From contig OZ024740.1 of the NCBI GenBank assembly GCA_964016885.1, positions 6,944,001 to 7,008,000 of the forward strand: DNA of 64,000 nucleotides, written 5' to 3'. Of this stretch, positions 13,967 through 26,049 are shown one piece after another; positions within the stretch are counted from its first letter, which is position 1, and every line of letters starts with the position of its first letter. The position numbers and the translations under genes are program-made. The notes under the pieces were generated by a model. It did not search any database, was not told the origin of the DNA, and was given only the letters and a program-made list of their open reading frames with translations. Source of the stretch: Eledone cirrhosa (lineage: Eukaryota).

Positions 13967-15345
13967 GACATGTGGTATGTATGAGAGAAGACTGTGTTGG
14001 TATGGACATGTGGTGTGTATGAGAGAAGACTGTGTTGGTATGGACATGTGGTATGCAGGAGAGAAGACTGTGTTGGTATGGACATGTGGTGTGTATGAGA
14101 GAAGACTGTGTTGGTATGGACATGTGGTATGCAGGAGAGAAGACTGTGTTGGTATGGACATGTGGCATGCAGGAGAGAAGACTGTGTTGGTATGGACATG
14201 TGGTGTGTATGAGAGAAGACTGTGTTGGTATGGACATGTAGTATGCAGGAGAGAAGACAGTGTTGGTATGGACATGTGGTGTGCAGGAGAGAAGACAGTG
14301 TTGGTATGGACATGTGGTGTGCAGGAGAGAAGACTGTGTTGGTATGGACATGTGGTATGCAGGAGAGAAGACTGTGTTGGTATGGACATGTGGTGTGTAT
14401 GAGAGAAGACTGTGTTGGTATGGACATGTGGTATGCAGGAGAGAAGACTGTGTTGGTATGGACATGTGGTGTGTATGAGAGAAGACTGTGTTGGTATGGA
14501 CATGTGGTATGCAAGAGAGAAGACTGTGTTGGTATGGACATGTGGTGTGTATGAGAGAAGACTGTGTTGGTATGGACATGTGGTATGCAAGAGAGAAGAC
14601 TGTGTTGGTATGGTCATGTGGTGTGCAGGAGAGAAGACTGTGTTGGTATAGACATGTGGTATGTATGAGAGAAGACTGTGTTGGTATGGACATGTGGTGT
14701 GCAGGAGAGAAGACTGTGTTGGTATGGACATGTGGTATGCAGGAGAGAAGACTGTGTTGGTATGGACATGTGGTGTGTATGAGAGAAGACTGTGTTGGTA
14801 CGGACATGTGGTATGCAGGAGAGAAGACAGTGTTGGTATGGACATGTGGTGTGCAGGAGAGAAGACAGTGTTGGTATGGACATGTGGTGTGCAGGAGAGA
14901 AGACTGTGTTGGTATGGACATGTGGTGTGTATGAGAGAAGACTGTGTTGGTATGGACATGTGGTATGCAGGAGAGAAGACTGTGTTGGTATGGACATGTG
15001 GTATGCAGGAGAGAAGACTGTGTTGGTATGGACATGTGGTGTGTGTGAGAGAAGACTGTGTTGGTATGGACATGTGGTGTGCAGGAGAGAAGACTGTGTT
15101 GGTATAGACATGTGGTGTGCAGGAGAGAAGACTGTGTTGGTATGGACATGTGGTGTGTATGAGAGAAGACTGTGTTGGTATGGACATATGGTGTGCAGGA
15201 GGGAAGACAGTGTTGGTATGGACATGTGGTATGCAGGAGCGAAGACTGTGTTGGTATGGACATGTGGTATGCAGGAGAGAAGACTGTGTTGGTATGGACA
15301 TGTGGTATGCAGGAGAGAAGACTGTGTTGGTATGGACATGTGGTG
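13967..15345 (+). repeat. 38-bp minisatellite (GACATGTGGTGTGCAGGAGAGAAGACTGTGTTGGTATG), block 1, ~36 copies, RTE-derived
   Basis: Read directly; the unit encodes CGVQERRLCWYGHVV. Confidence 0.97.
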
Positions 15346-15481
15346 TGAAATATTCTTTGCTCAAAACACTCACACGACCATAAGTATTACATGTGGGAAG
15401 TTTGAAAACAATCGGTCGGGTGGCTCTCGAGGTTTAGGGGGACAGACGGACAGACAGACATTCTCTGTTTTAGATATATAG

Positions 15482-15482
<1 letters not shown>
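15346..15482 (-). mobile_element. Non-autonomous Helitron-like 5' end fragment (copy 2)
   Basis: Same sequence as 13770-13906 at offset 1576, followed by the same (TA)n tract. Confidence 0.55.
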
Positions 15483-15543
<61 letters not shown>

Positions 15544-15544
15544 A

Positions 15545-18500
15545 GACATGTGGTATGTATGAGAGAAGACTGTGTTGGTATGGACATGTGGTGTGTATGA
15601 GAGAAGACTGTGTTGGTATGGACATGTGGTATGCAGGAGAGAAGACTGTGTTGGTATGGACATGTGGTGTGTATGAGAGAAGACTGTGTTGGTATGGACA
15701 TGTGGTATGCAGGAGAGAAGACTGTGTTGGTATGGACATGTGGTGTGTATGAGAGAAGACTGTGTTGGTATGGACATGTGGTATGCAAGAGAGAAGACTG
15801 TGTTGGTATGGACATGTGGTGTGTATGAGAGAAGACTGTGTTGGTATGGACATGTGGTATGCAAGAGAGAAGACTGTGTTGGTATGGTCATGTGGTGTGC
15901 AGGAGAGAAGACTGTGTTGGTATAGACATGTGGTATGTATGAGAGAAGACTGTGTTGGTATGGACATGTGGTGTGCAGGAGAGAAGACTGTGTTGGTATG
16001 GACATGTGGTATGCAGGAGAGAAGACTGTGTTGGTATGGACATGTGGTGTGTATGAGAGAAGACTGTGTTGGTACGGACATGTGGTATGCAGGAGAGAAG
16101 ACAGTGTTGGTATGGACATGTGGTGTGCAGGAGAGAAGACAGTGTTGGTATGGACATGTGGTGTGCAGGAGAGAAGACTGTGTTGGTATGGACATGTGGT
16201 GTGTATGAGAGAAGACTGTGTTGGTATGGACATGTGGTATGCAGGAGAGAAGACTGTGTTGGTATGGACATGTGGTATGCAGGAGAGAAGACTGTGTTGG
16301 TATGGACATGTGGTGTGTGTGAGAGAAGACTGTGTTGGTATGGACATGTGGTGTGCAGGAGAGAAGACTGTGTTGGTATAGACATGTGGTGTGCAGGAGA
16401 GAAGACTGTGTTGGTATGGACATGTGGTGTGTATGAGAGAAGACTGTGTTGGTATGGACATATGGTGTGCAGGAGGGAAGACAGTGTTGGTATGGACATG
16501 TGGTATGCAGGAGCGAAGACTGTGTTGGTATGGACATGTGGTATGCAGGAGAGAAGACAGTGTTGGTATGGTCATGTGGTTTGCAGGAGAGAAGACTGCG
16601 TTGGTATGGACATGTGGTGTGTATGAGAGAAGACTGTGTTGGTATGGACATGTGGTATGCAGGAGAGAAGACTGTGTTGGTATGGACATGTGGTATGCAG
16701 GAGAGAAGACTGTGTTGGTATGGACATGTGGTGTGTATGAGAGAAGACTGTGTTGGTATGGACATGTGGTATGCAGGAGAGAAGACTGTGTTGGTATGGT
16801 CATGTGGTATGCAGGAGAGAAGACTGTGTTGGTATGGACATGTGGTGTGTGTGAGAGAAGACTGTGTTGGTATGGACATGTGGTGTGCAGGAGAGAAGAC
16901 TGTGTTGGTATAGACATGTGGTGTGCAGGAGAGAAGACTGTTTTGGTATGGACATGTGGTGTGCAGGAGAGAAGACTGTGTTGGTATGGACATGTGGTGT
17001 GCAGGAGAGAAGACTGTGTTGGTATGGACATGTGGTGTGCAGGAGAGAAGACTGTGTTGGTATGGACATGTGGTGTGCAGGAGAGAAGACAGTGTTGGTA
17101 TGGTCATGTGGTGTGCAGGAGAGAAGACTGTGTTGGTATGGACATGTGGTGTGTATGAGAGAAGACTGTGTTGGTATGGACATGTGGTATGCAGGAGAGA
17201 AGACTGTGTTGGTATGGACATGTGGTATGCAGGAGAGAAGACTGTGTTGGTATGGACATGTGGTGTGTGTGAGAGAAGACTGTGTTGGTATGGACATGTG
17301 GTGTGCAGGAGAGAAGACTGTGTTGGTATAGACATGTGGTGTGCAGGAGAGTAGACTGTGTTGGTATGGACATGTGGTGTGCAGGAGAGAAGACTGTGTT
17401 GGTATGGACATGTGGTGTGCAGGAGAGAAGACTGTGTTGGTATGGACATGTGGTGTGCAGGAGAGAAGACTGTGTTGGTATGGACATGTGGTGTGCAGGA
17501 GAGAAGACTGTGTTGGTATAGACATGTGGTGTGCAGGAGAGTAGACTGTGTTGGTATTGACATGTGGTGTGCAGGAGAGAAGACTGTGTTGGTATGGACA
17601 TGTGGTGTGCAGGAGAGAAGACTGTGTTGGTATGGACATGTGGTGTGCAGGAGAGAAGACTGTGTTGGTATGGACATGTGGTGTGCAGGAGAGAAGACAG
17701 TGTTGGTATGGTCATGTGGTGTGCAGGAGAGAAGACTGTGTTGGTATGGACATGTGGTGTGTATGAGAGAAGACTATGTTGGTATGGACATGTGGTATGC
17801 AGGAGAGAAGACTGTGTTGGTATGGACATGTGGTATGCAGGAGAGAAGACTGTGTTGGTATGGACATGTGGTGTGTGTGAGAGAAGACTGTGTTGGTATG
17901 GACATGTGGTGTGCAGGAGAGAAGACTGTGTTGGTATAGACATGTGGTGTGCAGGAGAGTAGACTGTGTTGGTATGGACATGTGGTGTGCAGGAGAGAAG
18001 ACTGTGTTGGTATGGACATGTGGTGTGCAGGAGAGAAGACTGTGTTGGTATGGACATGTGGTGTGCAGGAGAGAAGACTGTGTTGGTATGGACATGTGGT
18101 GTGCAGGAGAGAAGACTGTGTTGGTATAGACATGTGGTGTGCAAGAGAGTAGACTGTGTTGGTATGGACATGTGGTGTGCAGGAGAGAAGACTGTGTTGG
18201 TATGGACATGTGGTGTGCAGGAGAGAAGACTGTGTTGGTATGGACATGTGGTGTGCAGGAGAGAAGACTGTGTTGGTATGGACCTGTGGTGTGCAGGAGA
18301 GAAGACAGTGTTGGTATGGTCATGTGGTGTGCAGGAGAGAAGACTGTGTTGGTATGGACATGTGGTGTGTATGAGAGAAGACTGTGTTGGTATGGACATG
18401 TGGTGTGCAGGAGAGAAGACTGTGTTGGTATAGACATGTGGTGTGTATGAGAGAAGACTGTGTTGGTATGGACATGTGGTGTGCAGGAGAGAAGACTGTG

Positions 18501-18750
18501 TTGGTATGGACATGTGGTGTGTATGAGAGAAGACTGTGTTGGTATAGACATGTGGTGTGCAGGAGAGAAAACAGTGTTGGTATGGACATATGGTGTGCAG
18601 GAGAGAAGACTGTGTTGGTATGGACATGTGGTGTGTATGAGAGAAGACTGTTTTGGTATGGACATGTGGTGTGCAGGAGAGAAGACTGTGTTGGTATGGA
18701 CATGTGGTGTGTATGAGAGAAGACTGTGTTGGCATGCACATGTGGTGTGC
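15545..18750 (+). repeat. 38-bp minisatellite, block 2, ~84 copies, RTE-derived
   Basis: Read directly; the last unit runs straight into unique RTE 3' sequence. Confidence 0.97.
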
Positions 18751-19001
18751 ATGGACAATGACCAATAGGAGAAGAAATGCCAGGAAATCTCAGTGGAAGG
18801 AAGCCACAATAGAGGAACACTAAGAAAGTGCTGGGCAGAGATGTGAGAGCTGACTTCGAATCACTAAGACTGGAAGAGGAAATGACGAAGGAATGTGACA
18901 AGTGGAGAGATGCTGTGCTGAGAAGGACCTCTCCAACCCATGCAAGAATGGAAAAGCAGATGTAAAAAACTATGATCATGATGATGATGATGATGATGAT
19001 G
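18751..19001 (+). mobile_element. RTE-clade LINE 3' end with (GAT)n tail
   Basis: Degenerate C-terminus (...MDNDQ*EKKCQEISVEGSHNRGTLRKCW...EMTKECDKWRDAVL), then CCAACCCATGCAAGAATGGAAAAGCAGATG and a (TGA)n tail. Homologous to 26825-26981. Confidence 0.85.
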
Positions 19002-19036
19002 AAATATAAAAGAACTAGAATAAGTAGCTAATAGTA

Positions 19037-20129
19037 GGAAGGAAGCAAGGCACTCCATTGGTTGAAGAAAGCAAGGCACTCCGTCGGTTGAAGGAAGGAA
19101 GGCACTCCATTGGTTGACGGAAGCAAGGGACTCCATTGGTTGAAGGAAGCAAGGCACTCCATTGGTTGAAGGAAGCAAGGCACTCCATTGGTTGAAGGAA
19201 GCAAGGCACTCCATTGGTTGAAGGAAGCAAGGCACTCCATTGGTTAAAGGAAGCAAGACACTCGGTCGGTTGAAGGAAGCAAGGCACTCCATTGGTTGAA
19301 AGAAGCAAGGCACTCCATTGGTTGAAGGAAGCAAGGCACTCCGTCGGTTGAAGGAAGCAAGGCACTCCGTCGGTTGAAGAAAGGAAGGCACTCCATTGGT
19401 TGTAGGAAGCAAGGCACTCCATTGGTTGAAGGAAGCAGGGCACTCCATTGTTTGAAGGAAGCAAAGCACTCCATTGGTTGAAGGAAGCAAGGCACTCCAT
19501 TGGTTGAAGGAAGCAAGGCACTCCGTCGGTTGAAGGAAGCAAGGCACTCAATTGGTTGAAGGAAGCAAGGCACTCCGTCGGTTGAAGAAAGGAAGGCACT
19601 CCATTGGTTGTAGGAAGCAAGGCACTCCATTGGTTGAAGGAAGCAAGGCACTCCATTGGTTGAAGGAAGCAAGGCACTCCATTGGTTGAAGGAAGCAAGG
19701 CACTCCATCGGTTGAAGGAAGCAAGGCACTCCATTGGTTGCAGGAAGCAAGGCACTCCATTGGTTGAAGGAAGGAAGGCACTCCATTGGTTGAAGGAAGC
19801 AAGGCACCCCATCGGTTGAAGATAGGAAAGCACTCCATTGGTTGAAGGAAGCAAGGCACTCCATTGGTTGAAGGAAGCAAGGCACTCCATTGGTTGAAGG
19901 AAGCAAGGCAATCCGTCGGCTGAAGGAAGCAAGGCACTCCATTGGTTGAAGGAAGCAAGGCACTCCATTGGTTGAAGGAAGCAAGGCACTCCGTCGGTTG
20001 AAGGAAGCAAGGCACTCCGTCGGTTGAAGGAAGCAAGGCACTCCATTGGTTGAAGGAAGCAAGGCACTCCATTGGTTGAAGGAAGCAAGGCACTCTATTG
20101 GTTGAAGGAAGGAAGGCACTCCATTGGTT
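19037..20129. repeat. 26-bp minisatellite (GAAGGAAGCAAGGCACTCCATTGGTT / ...CCGTCGGTT), ~42 copies
   Basis: Read directly from the sequence. Confidence 0.97.
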
Positions 20130-20374
20130 ACAATGAGTGTTCCAGTTGATCCGATCAACGGAACAGCCTGCTCATGAAATTAACATGAAAGTGGCTGAGC
20201 ATTCGACAGACACACGTACAACAGGTACAACTCATTTTTGCCAGCTGAGCGGACTGGAGCAACATGAAATAAAGTGTCTTCTTCAAGGACACAATGCTCT
20301 GCTGCTGGTAATCAAACTCACAACCTTACGATTGTAAGCTAAACACCCTAACCACAACGCCACATGCCTTCACA
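19037..20374 (-). mobile_element. tRNA-derived SINE, family 2, with tandemly expanded 3' end and 12-bp TSD
   Basis: Minus-strand head GGCATGTGGCGTTGTGGTTAGGGTG (A-box-like), then TGTGTCCTTGAAGAAGACACTTTATTTCATGTTGCTCCAGTCC, shared with 26050-26194. The direct repeat TAGCTAATAGTA lies at 19025-19036 and 20375-20386. Confidence 0.85.
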
Positions 20375-20717
20375 TAGCTAATAGTATAGAACTACTATTG
20401 GCTGTTGTGATACTACAACAAACCATTTGATCTTCTAGCTGTGTTTACCCACTTTTAACCATTTTGTCTTCTCACTGTATTCACCCACTTTTAATAGGAG
20501 TGTAATGATAGTCTAAAATAAGCAGAAACAAAAGAAAAAAACACTGAAATTGTAAAGAAACTGATTTAATGTTGGATTAAATGTCTTCATTTCAAAGATT
20601 TCCAAAATCAAAGAATTATTTAAGAATGAAATGTCAGCAGTTTAGTAGGAATATATTTAAGCTTTGAATTTGTGGTCTTCTAATTATATGTTTTCTAATT
20701 ATAATGAGCTAATCAAA

Positions 20718-20961
20718 CACACAACAACAACAACTACTACTACTACTACTACTACCCCCACCACCACTACTATTACTACTACCACCACTACCACAACTAT
20801 TACTACTACCTCCACCACCACTACTACTACTACCTACCACCACCACTACTACTACTACCTACCACCACCACCACTACTACTATCACCACCACAACCACCA
20901 CCAAGAACACCACCACCACTACCTCCACTACCACTACCACTATCACCACCACCTCCACCAC
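20718..20961. repeat. Compound (ACA/ACT/ACC)n trinucleotide tract
   Basis: Read directly from the sequence. Confidence 0.93.
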
Positions 20962-21318
20962 ATTCTAGATACCCCATCCCATATTTTTTAACTCTTTTCA
21001 TACCAAACTGACTGAAACTGTCTCTGGAATAATACAAAACTATATATTTTAAAGTGTTTATATTTATCTCAAAAGTTTCCATCATAATTTTATGTAAAAA
21101 CCTTTGTTAAGAAACATTCCACACCTCAGCTGATTAGTGAGAGAGATTACCAAAAGTGAGAGTTGTATTACCAAAACCCACCAAATTCTTGAACATTTTC
21201 CATATGATTGGAAAACCGTTGGCAGATACTTTCATTGGAAATATGGCAATGGAAGGGCTAACTGACACAATTTATATAACATCTAATGATCCATTGGCTT
21301 CTTCTTTGTTTATCCAGT

Positions 21319-21663
21319 AGAGTGTGATTTGCACCCAATACACTCTGTAAAGGGGTTGGTAATGGGAAAGGCATCCTGCCATAGAAGGCTTCCCAAAGAC
21401 ATGACGGCCGCTCTAGTGTTGGTGAGCTACATGATAAAAGCCTCCAGTCATAGAAACCTTGCCAAACAAATGCTTGGGAGAACCCTTCAGTTGCAACAAA
21501 GACATGAAAACCTCCCTTGTGCACTTGGTAGAACGTGAAACCATATGTAAGTGAGATGCAGATTCCTGGCCTTTCTGGGAGGTCAGTAGCTTCACTTCAG
21601 TACTGACTTGGGCTATGTAGACCTGTCCAACCCTTACTAGCAGAGAAAGCAGATATTAAAACA

Positions 21664-21694
<31 letters not shown>

Positions 21695-21700
21695 GTATGA
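21319..21700 (+). mobile_element. Degenerate RTE-tailed SINE remnant
   Basis: GTTGGTAATGGGAAAGGCATCC block (reverse homologue of GGATGCCCTTCCTAACACCAA at about 25940 and 30185), ending TCCAACCCTTACTAGCAGAGAAAGCAGATATTAAA-(TGA)n like the RTE tails. Confidence 0.65.
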
Positions 21701-22217
21701 TGGTGGTGGTGATGATGATAATACTGTTGCTGAGGATAATGATGATGATAATGAATATGCATTATGAGAGATATTTGGCTGCTATTTCTAGCAGACTGGA
21801 CAGTTGTTTAGAGGCAGCTTCAATAAGGAGTGCACAACATTTGATTGAAGTGGTAAACCAGTGCAAGGTGAGACCTCTTCACATAGCAATGACTGTGGCA
21901 GATATTTTCACAAAAATATTATAAAATGCATTTACAATTAATTAGTAATTAATAGCCATTAATCAATGATTTCTTTAATTAGAGAAGAATGAAAAGAGAA
22001 GAAAATATATAAAACCATCCTGAAAAAGAAATTCTCAAAAGCTATTAATAATTCCATATTTTATATTAGAGAAGATAGAAATATACTCTGGAAATACATC
22101 TCTACTTTAATGTTTCTGGTATTTTGTTTATATACACACATATTTATATATTATATACATATATAAATATATATATACATATATTATATATATATATGTA
22201 TGTGTGTGTATACATAT

Positions 22218-22270
<53 letters not shown>

Positions 22271-22467
22271 TTAATAAAAACAATGAATAAAAACAAAGAA
22301 ACAGTTCCTTATATTAAAAAATTCATAATTTTACGATTGTTTTTAGGATATATATGTGTGTGTTGGTATGTATATCATATAGATGTATGTAAAAAAATGT
22401 TTACAAACTATCAGAGGGAATATACATACCTACACATATATATGCTGTCTTCAGAAATATCTATATA

Positions 22468-22512
<45 letters not shown>

Positions 22513-22755
22513 GTAATAGTAATAATAATAAAATCGAAGACTAAAATCCAAAGAGGGCTCGATAAGGAAAATATATATCAAATATATAAGAACCGTAGAG
22601 CAAATATATATATATATATGAAAAAGTATGACCCCAACGGCAGAGCTCAAGCCGTTTCGATGGCTAGCCACATCGTATTTACCCACTCTACTACCCTAAG
22701 TATTGAGTACTCTGGTGCATTATGGTCCATCTGGTTCCTTACCACAACTCCTTCT

Positions 22756-22933
22756 TGGCAGTATCGGTAGAGGGTTGGACGCCATGCTTTCCAGCATAGT
22801 TACGTCCCTTTACGATCTGAGTTCAAATCCAGCCCAGGTTGACTTTGCCTTTCATCCTTACGGGGTCGATAAAATAAAGTACCAGTAATGCCCTGGGTAA
22901 TTGCTGGCCTTGTGCCTAAAGTAGAAACAATTA
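22756..22933 (+). mobile_element. tRNA-derived SINE, family 1 (copy 2)
   Basis: A-box-like TGGCAGTATCGG and B-box GTTCAAATCC (22821-22830); homologous to 12674-12853. Confidence 0.85.
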
Positions 22934-23339
22934 TATATATATATATATAGAGAGACAGTTCAAGAGTAAACCAATCTTAAATAGAGAGATAGAAATAGCA
23001 TAGGAGAGATTGGTGACGGTGTTGAAGCCAAAGCTTAAAAGTGGGTGCTCGATGTGCAATATGCAGTGGAAAGCAGTTGGAAAACTGGATTCATGCTGAG
23101 GTTAGGTGTACAGAGCTGGAAATATTCAGTAGTTAAGCAAATCAAGACCACAAATTCACATAGAAGGCATTAGTCACAGAGTATCAACATTAAGTGCAGT
23201 TTAATATAGAAAGGGGATAGTAATGTCAGTTTACAATTGTTTCACTACTCCATATAATGTTTCTGGACCAATCAATGGTAAGAGAGTTATTGATTTGGTG
23301 CAGAGAAATATAAGTAACATAGAATAATATTATGGAGCA

Positions 23340-24605
23340 GATCTTACTAACAACCTATATTACCCTTATCATAAACTAGGTGAAATACTTACTTATATTA
23401 GCCCGCACTCTAACCACCCACCGGCAGTCATCAGCGCGGTCATTAAATCTATCTCATATAGGATTTCCTTGCTATCTGCCAATGAGGAGATATTTAATGC
23501 CCATGCGGCATATTATAATAAGGCCCTTTCTGAATCTGGTTATACACAGTCTATCTATTACATACCTAAGGGCCATAACACAGAACTTCACCACAACCCC
23601 AATAACTGTAACACTAGAACTAGAAACACATTAGCAGTTAGCCAGATTTGCCGGAAGTCTAGGCCTACCAATACCTATACAGCTAGTCGTAATAGTGGCA
23701 GAGGCCTACTCCCTACTCCTAGTAGCAGACTCAGAATCAACCCTAGATTAAGAAATGATAATAGGCCCACCATTAGCAAGCACATTGGCAATAATAACCC
23801 TAGTAATGCCCCTGCCAACTCTGCTAGACCCCATAGACACAACAGGGCTAGAAAAATCACCTGGCGCAACCCCCTTTTCTCATCTAATGTAGCTACCAAC
23901 ATCCCTAAACGCTTCTTCCCCATCCTATCTAAAAATCCCCCCCACCCCAACCATAGATATTACAAACTCTTTAATAAAAACAATATAAAAATCTCCTTCT
24001 CCACCACACCGAACTTAGCTAGCCACATCGCATTTAGCAACCATCATAAACTAAAAAATTATACCCCCCCCCCAGCGGCACCCTCCCATAAGTGCTCCAC
24101 GTAGCCATACCAATACTCATCGTAGTAACAGAACACCCCCCTCCAATCCCTCTAGTACACACCAGCCGCATAGTTTAAACAACCCTACTCCTACTAATCG
24201 CAACCGTAATTGCAACTGCCGTAACCCCACTGCATGCCCAATATAGTATATAGGTGCAGGGTTAGAACGGCCTCATCCACTAGCACCTATATTGGCTCTA
24301 CATCAAACCCCTTTAAGGTTCGCTATAATACACACTCATTTTCCTTCCGCGACCCTAGCAATAAATGCTCTACTTCTCTAGCTAGGCTTGTTAAAAACCT
24401 TAAACTGGTCAACATTGAACATTCACTAGCTTGGGATATCTTAGCTAGATCTCCTGCATTTAATGGGAGAAAAAACTCTTGCAATCTCTGTCTTACCGAG
24501 GCCTATCACATAACTTTGTCAAGCCCCCCCCCCCCCCCATCAATGGCAGGAACAAGTTGGTCATCAACTGCCACCACCGCAGAGCGAGTTCCTTCGCAAA
24601 CTGAA
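23340..24605 (+). mobile_element. Penelope-like retroelement, 5'-truncated and frameshifted: RT thumb, linker and GIY-YIG endonuclease
   Basis: The frame from 23340 reads DLTNNLYYPYHK...SNHPPAVI...RISLLSANEEIF...YNKALSESGY. Linker RKITWRNPLFSSNVATNI...KLFNKNNIKISFS; CNCR near 24210; then NIVYRC...TYIGSTSNPFKVRYNTH...WDIL...CNLCLTE. All are characteristic PLE motifs. Confidence 0.92.
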
Positions 24606-24645
24606 TATTCGACCCAGCTTAGCCTATCCTTTAGTCATGCCCCTC

Positions 24646-24908
24646 ATGTTAGTATTGTTAGTTGTGGGATGGGCCAAGGGGGTGGGGTGGTGAAAAGGGG
24701 AAGTGTGTTAGTGGTGTTAGTGGGGAAAGTGTGGGGGAAGGGTGGGCGGTCGAAAGTTAAAGGAATAGGGTTGGGGAGATCAGTTTATCCCAGGTTCAAT
24801 CGGGGGTAACCACAGTAAGTAAGGTACTCAATACAAAGCAGAGTGTAAATATTTAATATAGAAAGGATTCTACAGGACTAAAACTGTTTCATTCCGGAGA
24901 AATCATCA
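24646..24908 (-). mobile_element. Probable Penelope terminal-repeat fragment in inverted orientation, with a truncated hammerhead-like core
   Basis: C-rich skew flips to G-rich at about 24650. The minus strand reads (a)TGATGA-TTTCTCCGGAAT-GAAAC-AGTTTTA-GTC, cut off 5' by (TA)n. Confidence 0.45.
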
Positions 24909-24954
24909 TATATATATATGTATGTGTGTGTATATTTATATATATATATAAATA

Positions 24955-25490
24955 ATCAAAATAAGACTTGTCCTCAATAGAACTACTGTGACAATAATAT
25001 CTGCGTATGCACCCCAGCCCGGACTGCCTGGCGTTATAAAAGATAGATTTTATGAGTCGTTAATGCTCACTACCTCCCAACTAACCGACAGTGACTACAT
25101 AATTATTGCTGGCAACCTAAATGGTCATGTTGGACAACATTATGCCGGCTATGACGGAATCCATGGAAGCTATGGGTTTGGTAACCCATGCTAGCATGGA
25201 AAATGGACGTTAAACGAAGATGATGATGATGATGATGATGAAATGAGGAAGGCTCCAGAATCCTGGAATTCTGTGATGCAAATAACCTAACTATATGCAA
25301 CACAAACTTCAAAAAACGAGAAAATCACTTGATCACCTACAGATCAGGGGAACACGCCAGTCAGATAGATTATATCCTTACCAGAAGACGTGACAAAGTG
25401 TCGGTTGTAAAAACTAAATCCTTCCCCCCGCGAAGAATGCACCTCCCAACATAGCCTCATAGTTAGTTACCTCATAGTCAGGACTATGAA
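24955..25490 (+). mobile_element. RTE-clade LINE apurinic-like (APE) endonuclease fragment, interrupted
   Basis: TIISAYAPQ...IIIAGNLNGHVG...GYDGIHGSYGFGN // NEEGSRILEFCDANNLTICNTNFKKRENHLITYRSG...QIDYIL. These are canonical APE motifs. Confidence 0.92.
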
Positions 25491-25612
25491 GGTATAATTG
25501 GGTAAGATCGGCTTTTATCACCTCATCCCAGGTCTTCTTGGGTTTCCCCACTCCGCAGTTTCCATTGACTTCTAGTGTTCTGCACCTTTTTGTATGTATA
25601 TATATATATATG

Positions 25613-25663
<51 letters not shown>

Positions 25664-25847
25664 TATGTATATATATTATATTATTATCATCACCATTATC
25701 AGCCTTTTTACGCATGCTGGCTTTGGTTGAGTAGGACTTTTTGAGACAATGCTATAAATTAGATGCCCTTCCTGACACTAACCTTTTTAGTTGCTTCTGA
25801 TGACATGCAGGGATATGGTGAACAGATTCTTAACCTGATATTCACGT

Positions 25848-26025
25848 ATCATCATCATCATCATCATTTCATTTTACGTCCACTTTTCCCTGCTTGCAAG
25901 GGTGGGACGGGAATTGATGCTGGCTTGATTTCTACAGCTGGATGCCCTTCCTAACACCAATCTCATTTACAGTGAGTGCTGGGTGCTTTTTTGCCGTGGC
26001 ACCTACACATCCACTTTACAGTGGA
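25848..26025 (-). mobile_element. RTE-tailed SINE 3' fragment
   Basis: (CAT)n followed by TTTTACGTCCACTTTTCCCTGCTTGCAAGGGTGGGA, the reverse complement of the RTE tail at about 26915-26950. Near-identical to 30099-30313. Confidence 0.8.
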
Positions 26026-26049
26026 ATGATAGGGACCCCAGTCCCTATC

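Noticed and set aside
13794-20158. Cys/His-rich ORFs resembling zinc-finger or metallothionein proteins
   Set aside because: They are frame-cycling translations of the 38- and 26-bp arrays, with no C2H2 spacing.
22630-22715. Minus-strand GAAAC with flanking stems (CGATG/CATCG; AACGGC/GCCGTT) resembling a hammerhead
   Set aside because: There is no CUGANGA box and no stem I; at most a decayed terminal-repeat fragment.
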